Shown: one piece after another, positions 10,301 through 23,800 of the stretch
Position numbering within the stretch: position 1 is the stretch's first letter
Layout: each line of letters starts with the position of its first letter
From: Balanoglossus misakiensis
Taxonomy: Eukaryota; Animalia; Hemichordata
Direction: 5' to 3'
Length of the DNA stretch: 64,000 nt
NCBI GenBank assembly: GCA_040954595.2
Contig: CM082592.2
Span: forward strand, 12,310,376-12,374,375
Program-made: the position numbers and the translations under genes
The notes under the pieces: model-generated
What the model was told of the DNA's origin: nothing
Seen by the model: the letters and a program-made list of their open reading frames with translations, nothing else
Databases searched by the model: none

Positions 10301-13300
10301 CACCGCGCCGTTACCACAGGAAGTCGCCGGCAACTTGGCCCAGATTCACCACGCCATTACGACCGGAAGTCGCCGGCAACTTGGCCCAGATACACCGCGG
10401 CGTTACAACAGGAAGTCGCCGGCAACTTGGCCTAGTTTCACCGCGCCGATACCACCGGAAGTCGCCGGCAACTTGGCCCGGATTCACAGGAAGTCACCAT
10501 CAACTTGGCCCAGATTCACCGCGCCGTTACCACAGGAAATCGCCGGCAACTTGGCCCAGATTCACCGCGCCGTTACGACCGGAAGTCGCCGCAACTTGGC
10601 CCGGATTCACAGGAAGTCGCCATCAACTTGGCCCAGATTCACCGCGCCCTTACCACAGGAAGTCGCCGGCAACTTGGCCCAGATTCACCACGCCATTACG
10701 ACCGGAAGTCGCCATCAACTTGGCCCAGATTCACCGCGCCGTTACCACAGGAAGTCGCCGGCAACTTGGCCCAGATTCACCACGCCATTACGACCGGAAG
10801 TCGCCGGCAACTTGGCCCAGATTCACCGCGCCGTTATGACCGAAAGACGCCAGCAACTTCGCCCGGATTCACCGCGCCGTTACGACCGGAAGTCGCCGCA
10901 ACTTGGCCCGGATTCACCGCGCCGTTACCACCGGAAGTCGACGGCAACTTGGCCCGGATTTACAGGAAGTCGCCATCAACTTGGCCCAGATTCACCGCGC
11001 CGTTACGACAGGAAGTCGCCGGCAACTTGGCCCAGATTCACCACGCCGTTACGACCGGAAGTCGCCGCAACTTGGCCCGGATTCACAGGAAGTCGCCATC
11101 AACTTGGCCCAGATTCACCGCGCCGTTACCACAGGAAATCGCCGGCAACTTGGCCCAGATTCACCGCGCCGTTACGACCGGAAGTCGCCGCAACTTGGCC
11201 CGGATTCACAGGAAGTCGCCATCAACTTGGCCCAGATTCACCGCGCCGTTACGACAGGAAGTCGCCGGCAACTTGGCCCAGATTCACCACGCCGTTACGA
11301 CCGGAAGTCGCCGCAACTTGGCCCGGATTCACAGGAAGTCGCCATCAACTTGGCCCAGATTCACCGCGCCGTTACCACAGGAAATCGCCGGCAACTTGGC
11401 CCAGATTCACCGCGCCGTTATGACCGAAAGTCGCCAGCAACTTCGTCCGGATTCACCGCGCCGTTACGACTGGAAGTCGCCGCAACTTCGCCCGGATTCA
11501 CCGCGCCGTTACGACAGGAAGTCGCCGGCAACTTGGCCCAGATTCACCACGCCATTACGACCGGAAGTCGCCGGCAACTTTGCCCAGATTCACGAGCGCC
11601 GTTACGACAGGAAGTCGCCGGCAACTTGGCCCAGATTCACCGCGCCGTTACCACCGGAAGTCGCTGGCAACTTGGCCCGGATTCACAGGAAGTCGCCATC
11701 AACTTGGCCCAGATTCAGCGCGCCGTTACCACAGGAAATCGCCGGCAACTTGGCCCAGATTCACCGCGCCGTTATGACAGGAAGTCGCCGCCAACTTGGC
11801 CCAGATTCACCACGCCATTACGACCGGAAGTCGCCGGCAACTTGGCCCAGATTCACCGCGCCGTTATGACCGAAAGACGCCAGCAACTTCGCCCGGATTC
11901 ACCGCGCCGTTACGACAGGAAGTCGCCGGCAACTTGGCCCAGATTCACCACGCCGTTACGACCGGAAGTCGCCGCAACTTGGCCCGGATTCACAGGAAGT
12001 CGCCATCAACTTGGCCCAGATTCACCGCGCCGTTACCACAGGAAATCGCCGGCAACTTGGCCCAGATTCACCGCGCCGTTACGACCGGAAGTCGCCGCAA
12101 CTTAGCCCGGATTCACAGGAAGTCGCCATCAACTTGGCCCAGATTCACCGCGCCGTTACGACAGGAAGTCGCCGGCAACTTGGCCCAGATTCACCACGCC
12201 GTTACGACCGGAAGTCGCCGCAACTTGGCCCGGATTCACAGGAAGTCGCCATCAACTTGGCCCAGATTCACCGCGCCGTTACCACAGGAAATCGCCGGCA
12301 ACTTGGCCCAGATTCACCGCGCCGTTATGACCGAAAGTCGCCAGCAACTTCGCCCGGATTCACCGCGCCGTTACGACTGGAAGTCGCCGCAACTTCGCCC
12401 GGATTCACCGCGCCGTTACGACAGGAAGTCGCCGGCAACTTGGCCCAGATTCACCACGCCATTACGACCGGAAGTCGCCGGCAACTTTGCCCAGATTCAC
12501 GAGCGCCGTTACGACAGGAAGTCGCCGGCAACTTGGCCCAGATTCACCGCGCCGTTACCACCGGAAGTCGCTGGCAACTTGGCCCGGATTCACAGGAAGT
12601 CGCCATCAACTTGGCCCAGATTCAGCGCGCCGTTACCACAGGAAATCGCCGGCAACTTGGCCCAGATTCACCGCGCCGTTATGACAGGAAGTCGCCGCCA
12701 ACTTGGCCCAGATTCACCGCGCCGTTACCACCGGAAGTCGCCGGCAACTTGGCCTAGTTTCACCGCGCCGATACCACCGGAAGTCGCCGGCAACTTGGCC
12801 CGGATTCAAAGGAAGTCGCCATCAACTTGGCCAAGATTCACCGCGCCGTTACCACAGGAAATAGCCGGCAACTTGGCCCAGATTCACCGCGCCGTTACGA
12901 CAGGAAGTCGCCGGCAACTTGGCCCAGATTCACCGCGCCGTTACCACAGGAAATCGCCGGCAACTTGGCCCAGATTCACCGCGCCGTTACGACAGGAAGT
13001 CGCCGGCAACTTGGCCCAGATTCACCGTGCCGTTACGACAGGAAGTCGCCGGCAACTTGGCCCAGATTCACCCCGCCGTTACCACCGGAAGTCGCCGGCA
13101 ACTTGGCCCGGATTCACAGGAAGTCGCCATCAACTTGGCCCAGATTCACCGCGCCGTTACCACAGGAAGTCGCCATCAACTTGGCCAAGATTCACAGGAA
13201 GTCGCCATCAACTTGGCCCAGATTCACCGCGCCGTTAACACAGGAAGTCGCCGGCAACTTGGCCAAGATTCACAGGAAGTCGCCATCAACTTGGCCCAGA

Positions 13301-14891
13301 TTCACCCCGCCGTTACCACCGGAAGTCGCCATCAACTTGGCCAAGATTCACAGGAAGTCGCCATCAACTTGGCCCAGATTCACCGCGCCGTTACCACAGG
13401 AAGTCGCCGGCAACTTGGTCCAGATTCACCACGCCATTACGACCGGAAGTCACCGGCAAGTTGGCCCAGATTCACCGTGCCGTTACGACAGGAAGTCGCC
13501 GGCAACTTGGCCCAGATTCACCCCGCCGTTACCACCGGAAGTCGCCGGCAACTTGGCCCGGATTCACAGGAAGTAACCATCAACTTGGCCCAGATTCACC
13601 GCGCCGTTACCACAGGAAATCGCCGGCAACTTGGCCCAGATTCACCGCGCCGTTACGACCGGAAGTCGCCGCAACTTGGCCCGGATTCACAGGAAGTCGC
13701 CATCAACTTGGCCCAGATTCACCGCGCCGTTACCACAGGAAGTCGCCGGCAACTTGGCCCAGATTCACCACGCCATTACGACCGGAAGTCGCCGGCAACT
13801 TGGCCCAGATTCGCCGCGCCGTTATGACCGAAAGTCGCCGGCAACTTCGCCCGGATTCACCGCGCCGTTACGACCGGAAGTCGCCGCAACTTGGCCCGGA
13901 TTCACCGCGCCGTTACCACCGGAAGTCGACGGCAACTTGGCCCAGATTCACCGCGCCGTTACGACCGGAAGTCGCCGGCAACTTTGCCCAGATTCACCGC
14001 GCCGTTACGACAGGAAGTCGCCGGCAACTTGGCCTAGTTTCACCGCGCCGTTACCACCGGAAGTCGCCGGCAACTTGGCCCGGATTCAAAGGAAGTCGCC
14101 CTCAACTTGGCCCAGATTCACCGCGCCGTTACCACAGGAAATCGCCGGCAACTTGGCCCAGATTCACCGCGCCGTTACGACAGGAAGTCGCCGGCAACTT
14201 GGCCCAGATTCACCGCGCCGTTATGACAGGAAGTCGCCGGCAACTTGGCCCATAATCACCGCGCCGTTACCACCGGAAGTCGCCGGCAACTTGGCCCAGA
14301 TTCACCGCGCCGTTACGACAGGAAGTCGCCGGCAACTTGGCCCAGATTCACCGTGCCGTTACGACCGGAAGTCGCCGCAACTTGGCCCGGATTAACAGGA
14401 AGTCTCCGGCAACTTGGCCCAGATTCACCGCGCCGTTACCACAGGAAGTCGCCGGCAACTTGGCCCAGATTCACCACGCCATTACGACCGGAAGTCGCCG
14501 GCAACTTGGCCCAGATTCACTGCGCCGTTATGACCGAAAGTCGCCAGAAACTTGGCCCAGATTCGCCGCGCCGTTATGACCGAAAGTCGCCGGCAACTTC
14601 GCCCGGATTCACCGCGCCGTTACCACAGGAAGTCGCCGGCAACTTGGCCCAGATTCACCATGCCTTTACGACCGGAAGTCGCCGGCAACTTGGCCCAGAT
14701 TCACCGCGCCGTTATGGCCGAAAGTCGCCAGAAACTTCGCCCGGATTCACCGCGCCGTTACGACCGGAAGTCGCCACAACTTGGCCCAGATTCACCGCGC
14801 CGTTACGACCGGAAGTCGCCGGCAACTTTGCCCAGATTCACCGTGCCGTTACGACAGGAAGTCGCCGGCAACTTCGCCCGGATTCACCGCG

Positions 14892-17800
14892 CCTAACCCT
14901 AACCCTAACCCTAACCCTAACCCCAACCCTAACCCTAACCCTAACCCCAGGAAATCGCCGGAAACTTGGCCCAGATTCACCGCGCCGTTACGACAGGAAG
15001 TCGCCGGCAACTTGGCCCAGATTCACCGCGCCGTTACGACAGGAAGTCGCTGGCAACTTGGCCCATAATCACCGCGCCGTTACCACCGGAAGTCGCCGGC
15101 AACTTGGCCCATAATCACCGCGCCGTTACCACCGGAAGTCGCCGGCAACTTGGCCCAGATTCACCGCGCCGTTACGACAGGAAGTCGCCGGCAACTTGGC
15201 CCAGATTCACCGTGCCGTTACGACCGGAAGTCGCCGCAACTTGGCCCGGATTAACAGGAAGTCTCCGGCAACTTGGCCCAGATTCACCGCGCCGTTACCA
15301 CAGGAAGTCGCCGGCAACTTGGCCCAGATTCACCACGCCATTACGACCGGAAGTCGCCGGCAACTTGGCCCAGATTCACTGCGCCGTTATGACCGAAAGT
15401 CGCCAGAAACTTGGCCCAGATTCGCCGCGCCGTTATGACCGAAAGTCGCCGGCAACTTCGCCCGGATTCACCGCGCCGTTACCACAGGAAGTCGCCGGCA
15501 ACTTGGCCCAGATTCACCATGCCTTTACGACCGGAAGTCGCCGGCAACTTGGCCCAGATTCACCGCGCCGTTATGGCCGAAAGTCGCCAGAAACTTCGCC
15601 CGGATTCACCGCGCCGTTACGACCGGAAGTCGCCACAACTTGGCCCAGATTCACCGCGCCGTTACGACCGGAAGTCGCCGGCAACTTTGCCCAGATTCAC
15701 CGTGCCGTTACGACAGGAAGTCGCCGGCAACTTCGCCCGGATTCACCGCGCCTAACCCTAACCCTAACCCTAACCCTAACCCCAACCCTAACCCTAACCC
15801 TAACCCCAGGAAATCGCCGGAAACTTGGCCCAGATTCACCGCGCCGTTACGACAGGAAGTCGCCGGCAACTTGGCCCAGATTCACCGCGCCGTTACGACA
15901 GGAAGTCGCTGGCAACTTGGCCCATAATCACCGCGCCGTTACCACCGGAAGTCGCCGGCAACTTGGCCCATAATCACCGCGCCGTTACCACCGGAAGTCG
16001 CCGGCAACTTGGCCCAGATTCACCGCGCCGTTACCACAGGAAGTTGCCGGCAACTTGGCCCAGATTCACCGTGCCGTTACGACCGGAAGTCGCCGCAACT
16101 TGGCCCGGATTAACAGGAAGTCTCCGGCAACTTGGCCCAGATTCACCGCGCCGTTACCACAGGAAGTCGCCGGCAACTTGGCCCAGATTCACCACGCCAT
16201 TACGACCGGAAGTCGCCGGCAACTTGGCCCAGATTCACTGCGCCGTTATGACCGAAAGTCGCCAGAAACTTGGCCCAGATTCGCCGCGCCGTTATGACCG
16301 AAAGTCGCCGGCAACTTCGCCCGGATTCACCGCGCCTAACCCTAACCCTAACCCTAACCCTAACCCCAACCCTAACCCTAACCCTAACCCTAGGAAATCG
16401 CCGGAAACTTGGCCCAGATTCACCGCGCCGCTACCACAGGAAGTTGCCGGCAACTTGGCCCAGATTCACCGCGCCGTTACGACAGGAAGTCGCTGGCAAC
16501 TTGGCCCATAATCACCGCGCCGTTACCACCGGAAGTCGCCGGCAACTTGGCCCAGATTCACCGCGCCGTTACCACAGGAAGTTGCCGGCAACTTGGCCCA
16601 GATTCACCGTGCCGTTACGACCGGAAGTCGCCGCAACTTGGCCCGGATTAACAGGAAGTCTCCGGCAACTTGGCCCAGATTCACCGCGCCGTTACCACAG
16701 GAAGTCGCCGGCAACTTGGCCCAGATTCACCATGCCTTTACGACCGGAAGTCGCCGGCAACTTGGCCCAGATTCACCGCGCCGTTATGGCCGAAAGTCGC
16801 CAGAAACTTCGCCCGGATTCACCGCGCCGTTACGACCGGAAGTCGCCACAACTTGGCCCAGATTCACCGCGCCGTTACGACCGGAAGTCGCCGGCAACTT
16901 TGCCCAGATTCACCGCGCCGTTACGACAGGAAGTCGCCGGCAACTTGGCCTAGTTTCACCGCGCCGTTACCACAGGAAGTTGCCGGCAACTTGGCCCAGA
17001 TTCACCGTGCCGTTACGACCGGAAGTCGCCGCAACTTGGCCCGGATTAACAGGAAGTCTCCGGCAACTTGGCCCAGATTCACCGCGCCGTTACCACAGGA
17101 AGTCGCCGGCAACTTGGCCCAGATTCACCACGCCTTTACGACCGGAAGTCGCCGGCAACTTGGCCCAGATTCACCGCGCCGTTATGGCCGAAAGTCGCCA
17201 GAAACTTCGCCCGGATTCACCGCGCCGTTACGACCGGAAGTCGCCGCAACTTGGCCCGGATTCACCGCGCCGTTACCACCGGAAGTCGACGGCAACTTGG
17301 CCCAGATTCACCGCGCTGTTACGACCGGAAGTCGCCGGCAACTTTGCCCAGATTCACCGCGCCGTTACGACAGGAAGTCGCCGGCAACTTGGCCTAGTTT
17401 CACCGCGCCGATACCACCGGAAGGCGCCGGCAACTTGGCCCGGATTCACAGGAAGTCACCATCAACTTGGCCCAGATTCACCGCGCCGTTACCACAGGAA
17501 ATCGCCGGCAACTTGGCCCAGATTCACCGCGCCGTTACGACAGGAAGTCGCCGGCAACTTCGCCCGGATTCACCGCGCCTAACCCTAACCCTAACCCTAA
17601 CCCTAACCCCAACCCTAACCCTAACCCTAACCCCAGGAAATCGCCGGAAACTTGGCCCAGATTCACCGCGCCGTTACGACAGGAAGTCGCCGGCAACTTG
17701 GCCCAGATTCACCGCGCCGTTACGACAGGAAGTCGCTGGCAACTTGGCCCATAATCACCGCGCCGTTACCACCGGAAGTCGCCGGCAACTTGGCCCATAA

Positions 17801-20800
17801 TCACCGCGCCGTTACCACCGGAAGTCGCCGGCAACTTGGCCCAGATTCACCGCGCCGTTACCACAGGAAGTTGCCGGCAACTTGGCCCAGATTCACCGTG
17901 CCGTTACGACCGGAAGTCGCCGCAACTTGGCCCGGATTAACAGGAAGTCTCCGGCAACTTGGCCCAGATTCACCGCGCCGTTACCACAGGAAGTCGCCGG
18001 CAACTTGGCCCAGATTCACCACGCCATTACGACCGGAAGTCGCCGGCAACTTGGCCCAGATTCACTGCGCCGTTATGACCGAAAGTCGCCAGAAACTTGG
18101 CCCAGATTCGCCGCGCCGTTATGACCGAAAGTCGCCGGCAACTTCGCCCGGATTCACCGCGCCTAACCCTAACCCTAACCCTAACCCTAACCCTAACCCC
18201 AACCCTAACCCTAACCCTAACCCTAGGAAATCGCCGGAAACTTGGCCCAGATTCACCGCGCCGCTACCACAGGAAGTTGCCGGCAACTTGGCCCAGATTC
18301 ACCGCGCCGTTACGACAGGAAGTCGCTGGCAACTTGGCCCATAATCACCGCGCCGTTACCACCGGAAGTCGCCGGCAACTTGGCCCAGATTCACCGCGCC
18401 GTTACCACAGGAAGTTGCCGGCAACTTGGCCCAGATTCACCGTGCCGTTACGACCGGAAGTCGCCGCAACTTGGCCCGGATTAACAGGAAGTCTCCGGCA
18501 ACTTGGCCCAGATTCACCGCGCCGTTACCACAGGAAGTCGCCGGCAACTTGGCCCAGATTCACCATGCCTTTACGACCGGAAGTCGCCGGCAACTTGGCC
18601 CAGATTCACCGCGCCGTTATGGCCGAAAGTCGCCAGAAACTTCGCCCGGATTCACCGCGCCGTTACGACCGGAAGTCGCCACAACTTGGCCCAGATTCAC
18701 CGCGCCGTTACGACCGGAAGTCGCCGGCAACTTTGCCCAGATTCACCGCGCCGTTACGACAGGAAGTCGCCGGCAACTTGGCCTAGTTTCACCGCGCCGT
18801 TACCACAGGAAGTTGCCGGCAACTTGGCCCAGATTCACCGTGCCGTTACGACCGGAAGTCGCCGCAACTTGGCCCGGATTAACAGGAAGTCTCCGGCAAC
18901 TTGGCCCAGATTCACCGCGCCGTTACCACAGGAAGTCGCCGGCAACTTGGCCCAGATTCACCACGCCTTTACGACCGGAAGTCGCCGGCAACTTGGCCCA
19001 GATTCACCGCGCCGTTATGGCCGAAAGTCGCCAGAAACTTCGCCCGGATTCACCGCGCCGTTACGACCGGAAGTCGCCGCAACTTGGCCCGGATTCACCG
19101 CGCCGTTACCACCGGAAGTCGACGGCAACTTGGCCCAGATTCACCGCGCTGTTACGACCGGAAGTCGCCGGCAACTTTGCCCAGATTCACCGCGCCGTTA
19201 CGACAGGAAGTCGCCGGCAACTTGGCCTAGTTTCACCGCGCCGATACCACCGGAAGGCGCCGGCAACTTGGCCCGGATTCACAGGAAGTCACCATCAACT
19301 TGGCCCAGATTCACCGCGCCGTTACCACAGGAAATCGCCGGCAACTTGGCCCAGATTCACCGCGCCGTTACGACAGGAAGTCGCCGGCAACTTGGCCCAG
19401 ATTCACCGCGCCGTTACCACCGTAAGTCGCCGGCAACTTGGCCCGGATTCACAGGAAGTCGCCATCAACTTGGCCCAGATTCACCGCGCCGTTACGACAG
19501 GAAGTCGCCGGCAACTTGGCCCCGATTCACCACGCCGTTACCACAGGAAGTCGCAGGCAACTTGGCCCAGATTCACCACGCCATTACGACCGGAAGTCGC
19601 CGGCAACTTGGCCCAGATTCACCGCGCCGTTATGACCGAAAGTCGCCAGAAACTTGGCCCAGATTCGCCGCGCCGTTATGACCGAAAGTCGCCGGCAACT
19701 TCGCCCGGATTCACCGCGCCTAACCCTAACCCTAACCCTAACCCTAACCCAAACCCTAACCCCAGGAAATCGCTGGCAACTTGGCCCAGATTCACCGCGC
19801 CGTTACGACAGGAAGTCGCTGGCAACTTGGCCCATAATCACCGCGCCGTTACCACCGGAAGTCGCTGGCAACTTGGCCCAGATTCACCGCGCCGCTACCA
19901 CAGGAAGTTGCCGGCAACTTGGCCCAGATTCACCGTGCCGTTACGACCGGAAGTCGCCGCAACTTGGCCCGGATTAACAGGAAGTCTCCGGCAACTTGGC
20001 CCAGATTCACCGCGCCGTTACCACAGGAAGTCGCCGGCAACTTGGCCCAGATTCACCACGCCTTTACGACCGGAAGTCGCCGGCAACTTGGCCCAGATTC
20101 ACCGCGCCGTTATGACCGAAAGTCGCCAGAAACTTCGCCCGGATTCACCGCGCCGTTACGACCGGAAGTCGCCGCAACTTGGCCCGGATTCACCGCGCCG
20201 TTACCACCGGAAGTCGACGGCAACTTGGCCCAGATTCACCGCGCCGTTACGACCGGAAGTCGCCGGCAACTTTGCCCAGATTCACCGCGCCGTTACGACA
20301 GGAAGTCGCCGGCAACTTGGCCTAGTTTCACCGCGCCGTTACCACAGGAAGTTGCCGGCAACTTGGCCCAGATTCACCGTGCCGTTACGACCGGAAGTCG
20401 CCGCAACTTGGCCCGGATTAACAGGAAGTCTCCGGCAACTTGGCCCAGATTCACCGCGCCGTTACCACAGGAAGTCGCCGGCAACTTGGCCCGGATTCAC
20501 AGGAAGTCACCATCAACTTGGCCCAGATTCACCGCGCCGTTACCACAGGAAATCGCCGGCAACTTGGCCCAGATTCACCGCACCGTTACGACAGGAAGTC
20601 GCCGGCAACTTGGCCCAGATTCACCGCGCCGTTACCACCGGAAGTCGCCGGCAACTTGGCCCGGATTCACAGGAAGTCGCCATCAACTTGGCCCAGATTC
20701 ACCGCGCCGTTACGACAGGAAGTCGCCGGCAACTTGGCCCAGATTCACCACGCCGTTACGACCGGAAGTCGCCGCAACTTGGCCCGGATTCACAGGAAGT

Positions 20801-23800
20801 CGCCATCAACTTGGCCCAGATTCACCGCGCCGTTACCACAGGAAGTCGCCGGCAACTTGGCCCAGATTCACCACGCCATTACGACCGGAAGTCGCCGGCA
20901 ACTTGGCCCAGATTCACCGCGCCGTTATGACCGAAAGTCGCCAGAAACTTGGCCCAGATTCGCCGCGCCGTTATGACCGAAAGTCGCCGGCAACTTCGCC
21001 CGGATTCACCGCGCCTAACCCTAACCCTAACCCTAACCCTAACCCTAACCCTAACCCTAACCCTAACCCCAGGAAATCGCTGGCAACTTGGCCCAGATTC
21101 ACCGCGCCGTTACGACAGGAAGTCGCCGGCAACTTGGCCCAGATTCACCGCGCCGTTACGACAGGAAGTCGCTGGCAACTTGGCCCATAATCACCGCGCC
21201 GTTACCACCGGAAGTCGCCGGCAACTTGGCCCAGATTCACCGTGCCGTTACGACCGGAAGTCGCCGCAACTTGGCCCGGATTAACAGGAAGTCTCCGGCA
21301 ACTTGGCCCAGATTCACCACGCCGTTATGACCGAAAGTCGCCAGAAACTTCGCCCGGATTCACCGCGCCGTTACAACCAGGAGTTGCCGCAACTTGGCCC
21401 GGATTCATCGCGCCGTTACCACCGGAAGTCGACGGCAACTTGGCCCAGATTCACCGCGCCGTTACGACCGGAAGTCGCCGGCAACTTTGCCCAGATTCAC
21501 CGCGCCGTTACGACAGGAAATCGCCGGCAACTTGGCCCAGATTCACCGCGCCGTTACGACAGGAAGTCGCCGGCAACTTGGCCCAGATTCACCGCGCCGT
21601 TACGACAGGAAGTCGCTGGCAACTTGGCCCATAATCACCGCGCCGTTACCACCGGAAGTCGCCGGCAACTTGGCCCAGATTCACCGCGCCGTTACCACAG
21701 GAAGTTGCCGGCAACTTGGCCCAGATTCACCGTGCCGTTACGACCGGAAGTCGCCGCAACTTGGCCCGGATTAACAGGAAGTCTCCGGCAACTTGGCCCA
21801 GATTCACCGCGCCGTTACCACAGGAAGTCGCCGGCAACTTGGCCCAGATTCACCACGCCTTTACGACCGGAAGTCGCCGGCAACTTGGCCCAGATTCACC
21901 GCGCCGTTATGGCCGAAAGTCGCCAGAAACTTCGCCCGGATTCACCGCGCCGTTACGACCGAAAGTCGCCAGAAACTTGGCCCAGATTCACCACGCCGTT
22001 ACGACCGGAAGTCGCCGCAACTTGGCCCGGATTCACAGGAAGTCGCCATCAACTTGGCCCAGATTCACCGCGCCGTTACCACAGGAAGTCGCAGGCAACT
22101 TGGTCCAGATTCACCACGCCATTACGACCGGAAGTCGCCGGCATCTTGGCCCAGATTCACCGCGCCGTTATGACCGAAAGTCGCCAGAAACTTGGCCCAG
22201 ATTCGCCGCGCCGTTATGACCGAAAGTCGCCGGCAACTTCGCCCGGATTCACCGCGCCTAACCCTAACCCTAACCCTAACCCTAACCCTAACCCTAACCC
22301 CAGGAAATCGCTGGCAACTTGGCCCAGATTCACCGCGCCGTTACGACAGGAAGTCGCTGGCAACTTGGCCCATAATCACCGCGCCGTTACCACCGGAAGT
22401 CGCCGGCAACTTGGCCCAGATTCACCGCGCCGTTACCACAGGAAGTTGCCGGCAACTTGGCCCAGATTCACCGTGCCGTTACGACCGGAAGTCGCCGCAA
22501 CTTGGCCCGGATTAACAGGAAGTCTCCGGCAACTTGGCCCAGATTCACCGCGCCGTTACCACAGGAAGTCGCCGGCAACTTGGCCCAGATTCACCACGCC
22601 TTTACGACCGGAAGTCGCCGGCAACTTGGCCCAGATTCACCGCGCCGTTATGACCGAAAGTCGCCAGAAACTTCGCCCGGATTCACCGCGCCGTTACGAC
22701 CGGAAGTCGCCGCAACTTGGCCCGGATTCACCGCGCCGTTACCACCGGAAGTCGACGGCAACTTGGCCCAGATTCACCGCGCCGTTACGACCGGAAGTCG
22801 CCGGCAACTTTGCCCAGATTCACCGCGCCGTTACGACAGGAAGTCGCCGGCAACTTGGCCTAGTTTCACCGCGCCGTTACCACAGGAAGTTGCCGGCAAC
22901 TTGGCCCAGATTCACCGTGCCGTTACGACCGGAAGTCGCCGCAACTTGGCCCGGATTAACAGGAAGTCTCCGGCAACTTGGCCCAGATTCACCGCGCCGT
23001 TACCACAGGAAGTCGCCGGCAACTTGGCCCAGATTCACCACGCCTTTACGACCGGAAGTCGACGGCAACTTGGCCCAGATTCACCGCGCTGTTACGACCG
23101 GAAGTCGCCGGCAACTTTGCCCAGATTCACCGCGCCGTTACGACAAGAAGTCGCCGGCAACTTGGCCTAGTTTCACCGCGCCGATACCACCGGAAGGCGC
23201 TGGCAACTTGGCCCGGATTCACAGGAAGTCACCATCAACTTGGCCCAGATTCACCGCGCCGTTACCACAGGAAGTCGCCGGCAACTTGGCCCAGATTCAC
23301 CACGCCATTACGACCGGAAGTCGCCGGCAACTTGGCCCAGATTCACCGCGCCGTTATGACCGAAAGTCGCCAGAAACTTGGCCCAGATTCGCCGCGCCGT
23401 TATGACCGAAAGTCGCCGGCAACTTCGCCCGGATTCACCGCGCCTAACCCTAACCCTAACCCTAACCCTAACCCTAACCCTAACCCCAGGAAATCGCTGG
23501 CAACTTGGCCCAGATTCACCGCGCCGTTACGACAGGAAGTCGCCGGCAACTTGGCCCAGATTCACCGCGCCGTTACGACAGGAAGTCGCCGGCAACTTGG
23601 CCCAGATTCACCGCGCCGTTACGACAGGAAGTCGCTGGCAACTTGGCCCATAATCACCGCGCCGTTATGACCGAAAGTCGCCAGAAACTTCGCCCGGATT
23701 CACCGGGCCGTTACAACCAGGAGTTGCCGCAACTTGGCCCGGATTCACCGCGCCGTTTCGACCGGAAGTCGCCGGCAACTTTGCCCAGATTCACCGCGCC